From Pseudomonadota bacterium (GTDB lineage: Bacteria > Myxococcota_A > UBA9042 > GCA-2863065), in contig SXOO01000203.1 in assembly GCA_005776725.1 (NCBI GenBank), positions 2,658 through 66,657 of the forward strand: a stretch of DNA of 64,000 nt, written 5' to 3'. Both the position numbers and the translations under genes were made by a program. This document shows, one piece after another, positions 42,254-52,253 of the stretch. How positions within the stretch are numbered: position 1 is the stretch's first letter; each line of letters begins with the position of its first letter. A model generated the notes under the pieces. It was not told the DNA's origin and ran no database searches. It saw only the letters and a program-made list of their open reading frames with translations.

Positions 42254-44215
42254 GTGACCGACGCTGAGCTGCTCACCTGTATCCGTACGTTGGCCTCGAA
42301 CACCCGTTGGACGTGGCACACGCCAACGCGAGAGCTGTTCGAACGCGCCGATCCGGCGGGGCTCCACACCTCACGCGGCAACCCCTGGGCTTGGCTCCGC
42401 CGCGTAGGTGATGCTGGCGCCGCCGAAGCCTTCCGGAAGCACGAGCTCGAGGGAGCGCTGGTCGTCGAATCCTTGGGCCTCCGGGCCGAGCTCGAGCGCA
42501 CCACCAACGGACCCCACGTCGCCTACTTCTGTATGGAGTACGGGATCCACGAGTCTCTGCCGATCTACGCGGGCGGCCTCGGGATCCTCGCGGGAGACCA
42601 CCTCAAGGCCTGCTCCGACTCGCAGATCGACCTCGTGGCCTTCGGGTTCCTGTACGCCGAGGGCTATCTGTCACAGGCGGTCGACGCCCACGGACGCCAG
42701 GTCGCCGACGCCGCGCCGCTCGACCGCGCCGATCACCCGCTGCGCAAGCTCCCCGACTCGCTCACGGTGGGGATGCCCGGCGGAGTGGTTCACGCCGACG
42801 TCTACGAGCTCCGCGTGGGCCGGTCGCGCCTCTTCCTCCTCGACACGGACGTAGACCGCAACTCCGACCCTGCGCTCCGCGCGTTGTGCCGGCGGCTCTA
42901 CGGCGGCGATCACATGACCCGCATCCGCCAGGAGCTGCTGCTCGGCATCGGCGGCATGCGGCTCATCCAGCGGCTGGGACTGGGTCAGCGGCTGCTGCAC
43001 CTGAACGAAGGGCACTGCGCCTTCGCCCTGGCCGAGGCCGTGCGCGTGGAAGCGCTGCGGACCAAGAACCGCGATCAAGCGGTGGCCAACGTGCGCGCCC
43101 GCTCGCTCTTCACCACCCACACCCCCGTCCCGGCGGGTCACGACCGCTTCGATCCCGTGCTCGCGGCCGAGCACCTGTCCGCCGCGTTCGGCGACGACTC
43201 GAGCTTCGTCGACTTCGTCCAGCATCAGAGCTTCGAGTCCGGCACCTCGCCCGGCTCCGTCTGTATGACGGTGCTGGCGCTGAACCTGGCCGGGCGATGC
43301 AACGGGGTCAGCGCCATCCACGGGCGCGTGTCCCGCGAGATGTGGCACCGACCGATCGGACACATCACGAACGGCGTCCACGTCCCCACGTGGGTGGCGC
43401 CTGAGCTCCAGGCCCGGCCGCTCCCGGAGGATCTCGGAGCCACGCGCCTCCGCCTGCGCCGCCGCCTCGTCACGTTCGTGCGGCAACGCCTGCTCCGCAT
43501 GCCGGCGCAAGCGCGCACGGGCCACCCCGACAAGCTCCGCGACGACGTGCTCACGATCGGCTTCGCGCGGCGTTTCGCGCCTTACAAGCGCGCCACGCTG
43601 CTCCTCGAGGCCAAGACGGCGCTGGAGCGCATCGCCCAGAATACGACACAGCCGGTCCAGTTCCTCTACGCCGGCAAGGCGCACCCGGCCGACAAGGCGG
43701 GTCAAGAGCTGATCCGTCAGGTCATCGACTCGGTGAAGGACCCGCGCTTCAACGGCGCCCTGCACTTCATCCCTGACTACGACATGGAGGTCGGGCGCCT
43801 CCTCGTTCAGGGCTGCGACGTGTGGCTCACCAACCCGCGCCGACCCCTGGAGGCCAGCGGCACGTCAGGGCAGAAGGCCGGCATGAACGGCTGCCTCAAC
43901 GTGTCCGTGCCGGACGGTTGGTGGCCGGAGTCGTACGACGGCGAGAACGGCTGGGTGATCGGGCCGGACGTGGGCGAGGTGGACGCGGCAAGCCAGGACG
44001 AGGGCGATCTCGAGTCGCTCCTCGAGCTCCTCGAGTCCGAGGTGATCCCCATGTTCTACGAGGGCGAGGAGCCCGGCAGGAGCGATCGCTGGCTCCACCG
44101 CGTTCGGCGCTCGATCGAGACCGTCACGCGCGACTTCAGCGCGGAGCGCATGGTCGAGGACTACCGGCGCGAGCACTACGCGCCCAGCTGGACCGCCATC
44201 TCCCGCCGGAGCTGA
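42254..44215 (+). CDS. glgP: Alpha-glucan (glycogen/maltodextrin) phosphorylase, GT35 short bacterial/archaeal type
   Basis: GTG at 42254 has AAAGGA upstream. Motifs: YFCMEYGIHESLPIYAGGLGILAGDHLKA, and EASGTSGQKAGMNG (PLP-lysine motif). Confidence 0.93.
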   Translation: MTDAELLTCIRTLASNTRWTWHTPTRELFERADPAGLHTSRGNPWAWLRRVGDAGAAEAFRKHELEGALVVESLGLRAELERTTNGPHVAYFCMEYGIHESLPIYAGGLGILAGDHLKACSDSQIDLVAFGFLYAEGYLSQAVDAHGRQVADAAPLDRADHPLRKLPDSLTVGMPGGVVHADVYELRVGRSRLFLLDTDVDRNSDPALRALCRRLYGGDHMTRIRQELLLGIGGMRLIQRLGLGQRLLHLNEGHCAFALAEAVRVEALRTKNRDQAVANVRARSLFTTHTPVPAGHDRFDPVLAAEHLSAAFGDDSSFVDFVQHQSFESGTSPGSVCMTVLALNLAGRCNGVSAIHGRVSREMWHRPIGHITNGVHVPTWVAPELQARPLPEDLGATRLRLRRRLVTFVRQRLLRMPAQARTGHPDKLRDDVLTIGFARRFAPYKRATLLLEAKTALERIAQNTTQPVQFLYAGKAHPADKAGQELIRQVIDSVKDPRFNGALHFIPDYDMEVGRLLVQGCDVWLTNPRRPLEASGTSGQKAGMNGCLNVSVPDGWWPESYDGENGWVIGPDVGEVDAASQDEGDLESLLELLESEVIPMFYEGEEPGRSDRWLHRVRRSIETVTRDFSAERMVEDYRREHYAPSWTAISRRS

Positions 44216-44297
44216 TCCGGCCACGGATCCGGCCAAGGTCCGGCCACAGATCCGGCCCACTGGTCCGGCCGCAGATCAGGCCACAGACCCGCCCCCA
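44214..44297. repeat. Degenerate tandem array of about 7 units, 11-14 nt each, consensus GATCCGGCCACA
   Basis: Read directly. Units start at 44214, 44226, 44238, 44249, 44263, 44274 and 44286. The array lies in the convergent gap between the glgP stop (44213-15) and the stop of the next gene (44322-24). Confidence 0.6.
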
Positions 44298-44321
44298 GGC
44301 CGCCGTCGCGCGGCCCACCGG

Positions 44322-45254
44322 TCACTTCAAGAGGACGAGGCTTCGCGCCGCGAAGACGGCGTGCCCTTCGTGCAGGCCCGACGCGACGAAGTCGACGCGC
44401 GCGAGGCGCTGGACCACGAGGCGAGTGATCGTCTCGCTGGTTGCGAGGGTCGACACCGCCTGCACCCCCTCCGCAGGGAGGACGACCGCGCCGGTGTCGC
44501 GGCTGCGGCAGCGGAGCTCGACCCGCCGATCGAACTGGAGGGCCTCGAGGCTCACCACGAGGTGGGAATCACCCTCGGCGGCGCCGGTGGAGAGCCATGT
44601 GACCGCCAGCTCGTCTGACCAGTCGATCCCGGCGTAGTCGCCCGTGACTGGCTCGCCGTTCACGGCCTGAATCGTGGGCGGCGGGGCCAGCGTGTGCGTG
44701 AGATGAAAGGTGCCGAGCTCGGACGAGCCGCGCCCCTCGAGAGCGAGGACCGCGCTCCCGCCGGACGGCGGCGCCACCATGGCCATGGGCAGTGAGGCCT
44801 CGTAGGTGACGCCGTTGACCGCGGCGTGGAGCTCGGACACCGGGCGGCGCGCCAGGCGATGGGTGCCGTGCTCGCCGAAACGCAGGCGCACCTCGCCCGC
44901 GTCCAGTAGGTCGATGAAGGCCTCGTGCTCGTCGCCCCGGAGCGTGACCGCCATGCTCCGCTCCACGACTCGGCACCTGCCGACCTCCAGCGCGAAGAGC
45001 TCCGGGTCCCCGAGCTCGGGCAATCCCACCACCTCCACCGCGCCCAGGTGTGACAGGCCCCACTGCCGGGCGAAGAAGCCCTCGATTCGAAGCTCTTCGG
45101 TGAGGCCGGCGGCGGCGTCGCTGCGCACAACCGTGAGGATCGCGAAGCGCTCGGCCACAGGACGAACCTCGACCGGCGCGCCCGACTCGGCGCAGCGAGC
45201 GAGGGCAACGAGCGCGACGAGCGCGCTCAGCGTGGATCGCGCGCGATGAACCAC
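44322..45254 (-). CDS. Exported hypothetical protein (310 aa)
   Basis: GTG at 45254. Signal-like N-terminus STLSALVALVALARCAE. It overlaps the upstream gene's end by 28 nt. No family recognised. Confidence 0.6.
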   Translation of the reverse strand: MVHRARSTLSALVALVALARCAESGAPVEVRPVAERFAILTVVRSDAAAGLTEELRIEGFFARQWGLSHLGAVEVVGLPELGDPELFALEVGRCRVVERSMAVTLRGDEHEAFIDLLDAGEVRLRFGEHGTHRLARRPVSELHAAVNGVTYEASLPMAMVAPPSGGSAVLALEGRGSSELGTFHLTHTLAPPPTIQAVNGEPVTGDYAGIDWSDELAVTWLSTGAAEGDSHLVVSLEALQFDRRVELRCRSRDTGAVVLPAEGVQAVSTLATSETITRLVVQRLARVDFVASGLHEGHAVFAARSLVLLK

Positions 45255-47314
45255 TCGCCCGCCGGGACGAGGTTGGGGTCGCTCGCGATGAAGGAGCGGA
45301 GCAGCTTCTTCATCGCCTCGAGGCGCTCGGGCTCCGAAGCGCTGAGCTCGCGGGTCTCCATCGGGTCTGCCGCGGTGTGGTAGAGCTCGTACAGGACCTT
45401 GGTGCGCGTGGGGATGTAGAGCAGCTTCCAGCCCTGGTGCAGGACGGCGCGGTGCTTGGCCACGAGGAAGTCGTCGTCGAGGCGAGGGTCCAGGTAGATC
45501 TCGCGCGACTCCGGGTGCACCACGAAAGCGCCAAAGCCCTGCATGAACGACAACGTGCGGCCCGACAGCACCGCGGCCTCCGGGTTGATGAACCAGAGCC
45601 CAGTCTCCATGAACACCGGCGGATCCTCCCCGAGCGCCTTCCCCTCGAGGACCGCGGGCGCGAGGCTGCGTCCGTCTTGAGCGGCGAAGTCCAGGCCCAC
45701 GAGCCCGGCGAGCGTGGGCGCCAGATCGAGCGACCGCACCGTGTTCTTCAGCACCCGCGAGGCGCCCCCGCCGGCGGGCTTGACCAGGAGCGGGATCCGC
45801 GTGGCCACGGTGCCTCGCAGGTGATCGCCGTGCCCGACCCCGAAGCCCTCCTCGTAGAGGTTCTCGCCATGGTCCGCGGTGACCACGATGTGCGTCTTGT
45901 CATAGAGCCCGCTGTGGCGCAGGTGCTCGAAGAGCTGTCCGATCGCGGCGTCGGTGCCGCGGACGGCCCCGGTGTAGAGCGCACGGGCCTGCTGCTGCTC
46001 CTCCGGGCCGGGCGCGTGATCGGCGTCCTTCCAGGCGGCCTTGTGAAAGCGCGAGTCCCCCGCGTAGTCAGGGTCCGTGTCTGACGCGTACCAGGGCCAC
46101 GGGGCCGCATAGGGGAAGTGCGCCCCCGAGTAAAAGAGGACCAGCGCGAAGGGCCGCTCGTCCCCATTGGCGATGTAGTCCCAGGCCTCCTCAGTGACGG
46201 CGCGCGGGTCAGCGAGGCGCTCCCAGAGCTTCAGGATCGGGAAGGACCGCTGCGCTCCCAGCACGTGCAGCAGGTAGGGCATGAGGTGGTAGTGCAGCTT
46301 GAAGCCGCCGAGCGCCACGTTGGACCAGAGCGTGAACCGCGGAACGCGGACGGTCTCGAAGCCGAGCTCGATGCGGCTGAAGATGTCGCCCGCGAAGTCG
46401 GACACCACGGCCGTGCGGTAACCCGCTCGGCGGAGCTCGGAGATCACGGTGTGCCGGCGCGTGGCGAGCGTCTCGGGCGAGGGGAACATGTGCCGGACGC
46501 CGTGGTTGTGTGGGTAGGCCCCGGTGAGCATGGAGACCCAGGACGGGAACGTGCGGGCCATCACCGAGTAGGCCGAGTCGAAGCGCACCGCCTCGAGCGC
46601 CGCGAGGTTTGGCGTGACCCCCGGTTGGTCCATGAAGTCGGGACGGAGGCTGTCCACGGCCACCACGAGCAGGTTCGGACGGCTCGCGATGACGGGTCGC
46701 GCCTCCACCGTGAGCCCGGCGGTGAGCACGCCGCAAGCGACGCCGACGGCGCCCAGCACCACCCGGGGCCGCCCGGTTCGCCACAACGCGAGCCCGACGA
46801 GGGCCGCCCACGAGAGCAGCGCGGCCCAGCCGAGCGCCGCCCAGAAGCCTGGCGTGGTGTAGCGGGTGAGCGTGAGCTGGATCCACGCAGACACGCCGCC
46901 CTTCGCGAAGAAGGCGTCGGCCATGACCTGCGGGAACTCGACCATCGTGCGCGCGAGAAAGCCCGCGTGGATCAAGGCGCACCCAGCGAGCACCGCGGCC
47001 GGGCCACGCCAGCCGGTGAGCGGCGGCCGTCCCCGAAGCGTGCCCCAGGCGGAGAGGCCGCTGAAGACGAACGTGGCGAGGCCAATCCCCGTCCCCACGG
47101 CGATCCCGAGCAGCTGCGCCTGGAGGAGCACGAGCTCCCGCGTGAACATCCCCAGCACCCGGTTGATCAGCGCGTCGTCCTTGACGCCCATGTACTCACC
47201 GGAGCCGAAGCTCGCGAGCGACAGGGCGAAGAGGGCGATCCCGAAGAGGGCGCCGGGCGCGACGGCGAGGCGGAGGGTGCGGCGCAACATCGGCCGCGGA
47301 TGATGTCCCACCAA
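45227..47314 (-). CDS. Membrane-anchored sulfatase-like (alkaline-phosphatase superfamily) hydrolase/transferase
   Basis: Several N-terminal TM helices. Motifs: LLVVAVDSLRPDF, ARTFPSWVSMLTGAYP (Thr at the nucleophile position, as in LtaS/EptA-type enzymes), VTADHGENL..GHGDHL. Confidence 0.85.
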   Translation of the reverse strand: MVGHHPRPMLRRTLRLAVAPGALFGIALFALSLASFGSGEYMGVKDDALINRVLGMFTRELVLLQAQLLGIAVGTGIGLATFVFSGLSAWGTLRGRPPLTGWRGPAAVLAGCALIHAGFLARTMVEFPQVMADAFFAKGGVSAWIQLTLTRYTTPGFWAALGWAALLSWAALVGLALWRTGRPRVVLGAVGVACGVLTAGLTVEARPVIASRPNLLVVAVDSLRPDFMDQPGVTPNLAALEAVRFDSAYSVMARTFPSWVSMLTGAYPHNHGVRHMFPSPETLATRRHTVISELRRAGYRTAVVSDFAGDIFSRIELGFETVRVPRFTLWSNVALGGFKLHYHLMPYLLHVLGAQRSFPILKLWERLADPRAVTEEAWDYIANGDERPFALVLFYSGAHFPYAAPWPWYASDTDPDYAGDSRFHKAAWKDADHAPGPEEQQQARALYTGAVRGTDAAIGQLFEHLRHSGLYDKTHIVVTADHGENLYEEGFGVGHGDHLRGTVATRIPLLVKPAGGGASRVLKNTVRSLDLAPTLAGLVGLDFAAQDGRSLAPAVLEGKALGEDPPVFMETGLWFINPEAAVLSGRTLSFMQGFGAFVVHPESREIYLDPRLDDDFLVAKHRAVLHQGWKLLYIPTRTKVLYELYHTAADPMETRELSASEPERLEAMKKLLRSFIASDPNLVPAGEWFIARDPR

Positions 47315-47340
47315 CGCGGCCTGTCAAAGCGCGAGTGCGC

Positions 47341-47637
47341 TCAGCGCGTCCGAGCGTTGTGCTTCTTGCGGTAGACGTTGCGGCTCGCGCGGTCCTGAGC
47401 GGCGTCGAGGCGACGCTTCTCGCCCCTGGTGACCACGCCGTCGGCCTTGGCGACCTTCTTCTGGACCTGGATCTTCGCCTGCTGGGCCGTGAGCTTCGCG
47501 GCCTCCTTCTTCGTCAGCGCTCCGGTCGCTACACCCTGGGCGATCCGCGCCGTCTGGCGCTCCTGGCGGGCAGCCGGGGGAGCGGCGAGGGCGGACGAGG
47601 CAACGCAAGCGGTAATCAGCGCGATGAGGGTCTTCAT
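47341..47637 (-). CDS. Small secreted Lys/Arg/Ala-rich protein (98 aa)
   Basis: ATG at 47637 is preceded by TAAGGAGA. Signal peptide MKTLIALITACVASSALAAP. The rest of the 527-aa track ORF is antisense to the oxidoreductase gene. Confidence 0.7.
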   Translation of the reverse strand: MKTLIALITACVASSALAAPPAARQERQTARIAQGVATGALTKKEAAKLTAQQAKIQVQKKVAKADGVVTRGEKRRLDAAQDRASRNVYRKKHNARTR

Positions 47638-47772
47638 GGGGGTCTCCTTAGGTCGTGAGGTCATCAAGTGGCTCGGCGCGACGGCTCGAGGCGCGTCGTC
47701 GCCGCGTCCCAACCTATGAGCAGGGGCCGTGCCACCCAAGACCGATGTAGTTTCAGCATGTTGCACAGCACG

Positions 47773-47820
47773 CCCTGACATGCGGGGCCACACCCTGACA
47801 ACGCCGGTTGACACCTGACA
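47773..47820 (+). promoter_or_regulatory. Three direct (C)CCTGACA repeats at exact 20-bp phasing, overlapping a TTGACA -35-like hexamer, upstream of the 47839 ATG
   Basis: CCCTGACA at 47773-80 and 47793-800, CCTGACA at 47814-20, TTGACA at 47808-13. Regulatory function is inferred only. Confidence 0.3.
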
Positions 47821-47838
47821 CCTCCCGGACGCCATGCC

Positions 47839-49110
47839 ATGATGCGCCGCGTGTCGGAGCACGTTCAGACGCTCATCGTCGGCGCGGGGGTCACGGGCCT
47901 CGCTTACGCCAACTTCGCGCCCAAGGGGACCTGGCTCGTGGTGGACCGGGACACCAGCCCGGGCGGCTACTGCAAGACGGTGGTCCAGGACGGGTTCGTC
48001 TGGGACTACAGCGGTCACTTCTTCCACTTCCGCGAGCCCTGGGTCGAGGCCTGGCTGCGCGAGCGCATGCCGGACGACGAGATCCTCACGGTGGCGAAGG
48101 CCTCCGGGATCCTCGTGCCCACCTCCGAGGGGCTCACGCGCGTGGACTTCCCTTTCCAGAAGAACATCCACCAGCTGCCGCGCGCCGAGTTCATCGAGTG
48201 CCTCCACGACCTCTACTTCGCGGACCGCTCGGCCCCCGTGAGGTCCTTCGGGGACCTGCTCCTCGGCCGCTTCGGACGCGGGATCGCCCAGCGCTTCCTG
48301 GTCCCCTACAACGAGAAGCTCTACGCGTGCCCCATGGACTCGCTCGACCCGGACGCGATGGGCCGCTTCTTCCCCCACGCGGACGTGGCCGCGATCATCC
48401 GACACTTCCGGCACCCTGAGAACGGCAGCTACAACGCCAGCTTCACGTACCCGAGGGGCGGCGCGATCCGTTACGTTCACGCGCTGCTGAGGGAGCTCCC
48501 GCCGGAGCGCATCGCGCTGGGTGAGGCGCTGGTCCATGTGGACCCTGTGGCCCGCGTGGCCACCACCACGCGACGAACCGTGCGTTACGACCGCCTCGTG
48601 AGCTCCGCGCCCTTCGACGCGCTGCTCCGCCTCACCGGCACACCGCACGATCCCGCGCTCTACAGCGCGAACGCGGTGCAGGTCTACAACCTCGGCTTCG
48701 ACCGGAAGGGCCAGACCAAGGACCACTGGCTGTACGTTCCCGATCCCGAGATCTCGTTCTACCGCGTGGGCTTCTACGACAACATCTTCGGCGACGATCG
48801 CATGAGCCTCTACATCGAGCTGGGCCAGGCGCGCGGGGCGGAGCGAAAGGCGGAGCTCCCCCGCGTCTTGGAAGATCTGCGCCGCCTCGGCATCGTCACT
48901 GACCAGCGCCTCGTCAGCTCGCACGAGATACTGCTAGACCCCGCGTACGTTCATATCACCACCGCGGGCCGCGCCGACTTCGAGGCCCAGCGCGCGCGCC
49001 TCGAGGCGCAGGACATCATCACCGCGGGCCGTTACGGCGGTTGGACCTATTGCTCGATCGAGGACAACATCCTCGAGGCCCACCGGCTCGCCACCCGCCA
49101 CGCCTCATGA
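47839..49110 (+). CDS. FAD/NAD(P)-binding oxidoreductase (amine-oxidase / UDP-galactopyranose-mutase-like fold)
   Basis: N-terminal Rossmann motif [26 protein letters not shown], then WDYSGHFFH. Confidence 0.85.
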   Translation: MMRRVSEHVQTLIVGAGVTGLAYANFAPKGTWLVVDRDTSPGGYCKTVVQDGFVWDYSGHFFHFREPWVEAWLRERMPDDEILTVAKASGILVPTSEGLTRVDFPFQKNIHQLPRAEFIECLHDLYFADRSAPVRSFGDLLLGRFGRGIAQRFLVPYNEKLYACPMDSLDPDAMGRFFPHADVAAIIRHFRHPENGSYNASFTYPRGGAIRYVHALLRELPPERIALGEALVHVDPVARVATTTRRTVRYDRLVSSAPFDALLRLTGTPHDPALYSANAVQVYNLGFDRKGQTKDHWLYVPDPEISFYRVGFYDNIFGDDRMSLYIELGQARGAERKAELPRVLEDLRRLGIVTDQRLVSSHEILLDPAYVHITTAGRADFEAQRARLEAQDIITAGRYGGWTYCSIEDNILEAHRLATRHAS

Positions 49111-50204
49111 CACCGCCGCGCCCGCGAGGGCTCGTCACCCTCCTGCTCATCCTGCTCGTCGGGGTGCTCACGTGGCGCCTCTGGGCGCTGCTCCGCACCA
49201 CCACCTCGGAGCCCCGCGCCGTCACGCAGCGAGGCGACCTGGCGCCCGACGAGCAGGCCACGATCCAGATCTTCAGAGACAACGCCCCCTCCGTGGTGTT
49301 CATCACGTCGGCGCGTATCGCCCGCGACCGCTGGTCCATGCGCCCCCTCGAGATCCCGCAGGGCAGCGGGTCGGGCTTCGTCTGGGATGAGGCTGGGCAC
49401 ATCGTCACCAACTACCACGTGGTCGAGCAGGCCGTGAGCCAGCCCGGCATGACGCTCACGGTCACGCTGCACGACCAGGAGACGTACCCCGCCGAGGTGG
49501 TGGGGGCTGCCCCGCACAAGGACCTGGCGGTGCTCAAGATCGACGCCACGGGCCTTCGGCCGATCCCCATCGGGACCTCCCGGGACCTGGTGGTGGGCCA
49601 GAAGGTGTTCGCGATCGGGAACCCGTTTGGCTTCGACCACACGCTCACGACCGGAGTGATCAGCGGCCTCGGCCGCGAGATCCAGTCGGTCACGAGGCGC
49701 CCCATCACGGGCGTGATCCAGACCGACGCGGCGATCAACCCGGGGACCTCCGGTGGCCCGCTGCTCGACTCCGCCGGGCGGCTGATCGGGGTGAACACCG
49801 CGATCTTCAGCCCCTCGGGCGCCTACGCGGGCCTCGGCTTCGCGGTCCCAGTGGACACGGTGAACCGCATCGTCCCCCAGCTGGTGGCGCACGGACGAGT
49901 GGTCCAGCCGGGCCTCGGCGTACAGCTCTCGGAGGTGCGCACCCGCGTCCCCGGGATCCCGATCGCGGGCGTCAATCCCGGCAGCGCCGCCGAGCGCGCG
50001 GGGTTGCGCGGTTTCACCGAGGACGCGCTCGGCCAGATCCGGGTGGGCGACGTGATCACCGAGGCCCAGGGCCTCCCCGTCTCGAGCCCAGACGATCTCT
50101 ACCGCGCGCTGGACGGCAAGGAGGTTGGCGACGAGATTGTGCTCACCGTCGATCGCGGCGGCTCGGCTTTGTCCGTCAAAGTCACCCTCATGGCGTTGGA
50201 GTAG
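49107..50204 (+). CDS. HtrA/DegP-family serine protease (trypsin-like domain plus PDZ) with an N-terminal TM anchor
   Basis: ATG at 49107 overlaps the upstream TGA (ATGA). Motifs: [19 protein letters not shown] (His), DLAVLKI (Asp), [21 protein letters not shown] (Ser). PDZ-like C-terminus. Confidence 0.9.
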   Translation: MTPPRPRGLVTLLLILLVGVLTWRLWALLRTTTSEPRAVTQRGDLAPDEQATIQIFRDNAPSVVFITSARIARDRWSMRPLEIPQGSGSGFVWDEAGHIVTNYHVVEQAVSQPGMTLTVTLHDQETYPAEVVGAAPHKDLAVLKIDATGLRPIPIGTSRDLVVGQKVFAIGNPFGFDHTLTTGVISGLGREIQSVTRRPITGVIQTDAAINPGTSGGPLLDSAGRLIGVNTAIFSPSGAYAGLGFAVPVDTVNRIVPQLVAHGRVVQPGLGVQLSEVRTRVPGIPIAGVNPGSAAERAGLRGFTEDALGQIRVGDVITEAQGLPVSSPDDLYRALDGKEVGDEIVLTVDRGGSALSVKVTLMALE

Positions 50205-50207
50205 GCC

Positions 50208-51140
50208 ATGCTGCGCCTCGTCACTTGGAACGTCCGTTACTTCAGCCACTCGACCCGTGGCATCACCAGCATGGACCACACGCAGCGCGCGATCAGCGCG
50301 GCGATTGCGAGCATGCGCCCCCAGCCGGACGTGGTGGCCCTACAGGAGATCGACGACGCGTCGTTTCGCTCTCTCGCGTTCCGCGCCCGCGGTCGCACGA
50401 AGCGCGGGGAGTCGGTGTCCAACTTCGACCGCTTCTACGACAGCCTCAACCGCCAGAGCCTCGAGATCGGCGGCCACCAGTATCAGGCTCAGTTCTACCC
50501 CGCCCAGGGGCACCGCGGCGGCACCCCGCTCTACTCCACGGGCCTCGCGCTCCTGTGGCGAAGCGGCCTTACGTTGGTCGATCACAACGGCCACGAGCCC
50601 CACGACATCACGCACCGCCGAATCGCGCGCCTCGCGCGCTTCAAGCAGAAGCGCATCTGCGCGTGGGGCCGCTTCAGAGCGCAAAGCGGCGAGGAGGTGG
50701 ACGTGTTCAACACCCACCTGTCCCTCCCGGCGTTCTTCCAGCGCACCAACGGCCCCACGGGCGGGCGCTTCGGCGAGTCGGACAACCAGCTGCGCGAGAT
50801 CGACTCCCTGCTCGAGTTCGTGGCGCAGAACGGCCAGCTCGACCGCACCCTCCTGGTCGGCGACTTCAACGCGCTGCCGGGCTCCCGCGTCTACAACCGG
50901 GTGACCAGCACGTTCCGCGACGCCCACGCCACCTTCCTCGGCGCCCCACCCGCCCGCATGGTCGAGCTGCCGTCCGCGGGCTTCATGAACCTCAGGTACC
51001 GCCTGGACCACGTCTTCTCGGGGCCCGCGCTGCGCTTCCACGACTTCCAGGACACGGCGCCTTACGGCCCCGCCCATCCGTGGGCCCCGCTCTCGGATCA
51101 CGCGCCGCTGGTCGGGCGCTTCAGCGTGGCCGCTCCTTGA
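50208..51140 (+). CDS. Endonuclease/exonuclease/phosphatase (EEP) family protein
   Basis: ATG lies 3 nt after the upstream TAG, with GGAG upstream. Motifs: LVTWNVRYF, VVALQEID, NTHLS, LVGDFNALPGS, LDHVF, SDHAPLVGRF. Confidence 0.9.
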   Translation: MLRLVTWNVRYFSHSTRGITSMDHTQRAISAAIASMRPQPDVVALQEIDDASFRSLAFRARGRTKRGESVSNFDRFYDSLNRQSLEIGGHQYQAQFYPAQGHRGGTPLYSTGLALLWRSGLTLVDHNGHEPHDITHRRIARLARFKQKRICAWGRFRAQSGEEVDVFNTHLSLPAFFQRTNGPTGGRFGESDNQLREIDSLLEFVAQNGQLDRTLLVGDFNALPGSRVYNRVTSTFRDAHATFLGAPPARMVELPSAGFMNLRYRLDHVFSGPALRFHDFQDTAPYGPAHPWAPLSDHAPLVGRFSVAAP

Positions 51141-52240
51141 CCTCCCCCCTCGAGCTGCGTGTCCTCGACGGCGGCTCCAGGGTCGTGTTCTCCGGCCCGC
51201 TCGACAAAGAGACCGTCCCCGACGTCCAGGGCGCGCTCCTCGCGCTGGCGCCCCGACCGGGCACGCTCACGATGGAGCTCGCCGGGGTCACCCGCATCGA
51301 CTCGGCCGGCGTCGCGTTCCTCGGGGTGGTCGAGGCGCGGCGGAGAGGCGCGGGCGGCCAGCTTCAGCTCGTACAGCTCTCCGACGCCGCCCGCGACGCC
51401 CTCGAGGTGTTCCGGCTGGCTGAAGAACGTCCTGCCAAGGGCCCGTCGCGGGGGCTGTTCGAGCGGCTCGGGGACGGCGGCTACGAGGTCGGCAAGGGCA
51501 TTACCGCGTTCCTCCAGCTCACGGCCGACACGGTGCTCTGGAGCATCGGCGGTGCCGCGCGGACACGGCGGGTCCGCAAGGGCGCCATGACGCTCGAGGC
51601 CATCCGAATGGGCGTGGACGCGCTCCCGATCGTGGCGCTCATCGCCCTGCTCATCGGCGTGGTCCTCGCGCTCCAGTCGGCCTACCAGCTCCGGCAGTTC
51701 GGCGGAAGCATCTACGTCGCCAACCTCATCGCGGTCTCCATGACGCGCGAGATGGGGCCGCTGATCACGGCGATCATCCTCGCGGGTCGCAGCGGCGCGG
51801 CGATCGCCGCCGAGGTGGCCACGATGAACGTCAGCGAGGAGACGTCGGCGCTCCGCGTCATGGGCCTCGAGCCGGTCCGTTACGTGGTGGTTCCCAAGTT
51901 CCAAGCGCTGACGCTGACCATGCCGGCGCTCACTGTTTACGCGAACGTGGTTGGGATCCTGGGAGGGTCCGTCGTCGCGTGGGCCTACCTCGACATCGGG
52001 CCGCTCATCTACCTCCGGCAGTCGTGGGGCGCGCTCGTCCTGCTCGACATCGGGACGGGGCTCCTCAAGAGCGTGGTCTTCGCCTGGATCATCGTGCTCG
52101 TCGGCGCGCACTGCGGCTTCTCGGCCCACGGCGGCGCCGAGAGCGTTGGGCGCGTCACCACGCAGTCCGTGGTTCGCAGCATCTTCTGGGTGATCGTGGC
52201 GGACGCGGCGTTCAGCCTCCTCTTCTACTTCGGCGACTGA
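51137..52240 (+). CDS. mlaE: MlaE-family ABC permease with a fused N-terminal STAS domain
   Basis: The only in-frame start is TTG at 51137, overlapping the upstream TGA (TTGA). STAS-like: LTMELAGVTRIDSAGVAFLGVVE..LQLVQLSDAARDALEVF. MlaE-like: IVALIALLIGVVLALQSAYQLRQFG..VANLIAVSMTREMGPLITAIILAGRSGAA. The track ORF from 50225 is out of frame over the EEP gene. Confidence 0.85.
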   Translation: MTSPLELRVLDGGSRVVFSGPLDKETVPDVQGALLALAPRPGTLTMELAGVTRIDSAGVAFLGVVEARRRGAGGQLQLVQLSDAARDALEVFRLAEERPAKGPSRGLFERLGDGGYEVGKGITAFLQLTADTVLWSIGGAARTRRVRKGAMTLEAIRMGVDALPIVALIALLIGVVLALQSAYQLRQFGGSIYVANLIAVSMTREMGPLITAIILAGRSGAAIAAEVATMNVSEETSALRVMGLEPVRYVVVPKFQALTLTMPALTVYANVVGILGGSVVAWAYLDIGPLIYLRQSWGALVLLDIGTGLLKSVVFAWIIVLVGAHCGFSAHGGAESVGRVTTQSVVRSIFWVIVADAAFSLLFYFGD

Positions 52241-52253
52241 GCAACCGTCTTGT

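Noticed and set aside
47638-48924. The upstream 429 codons of the 527-aa minus ORF 47341..48924
   Set aside because: They are antisense to the FAD oxidoreductase gene. Only the last 98 codons, preceded by TAAGGAGA and starting with a signal peptide, look like a gene.
50225-51136. The first 304 codons of plus ORF 50225..52240 (671 aa)
   Set aside because: They are out of frame over the EEP gene and Pro/Arg-rich. STAS/MlaE sequence begins only at the TTG at 51137.
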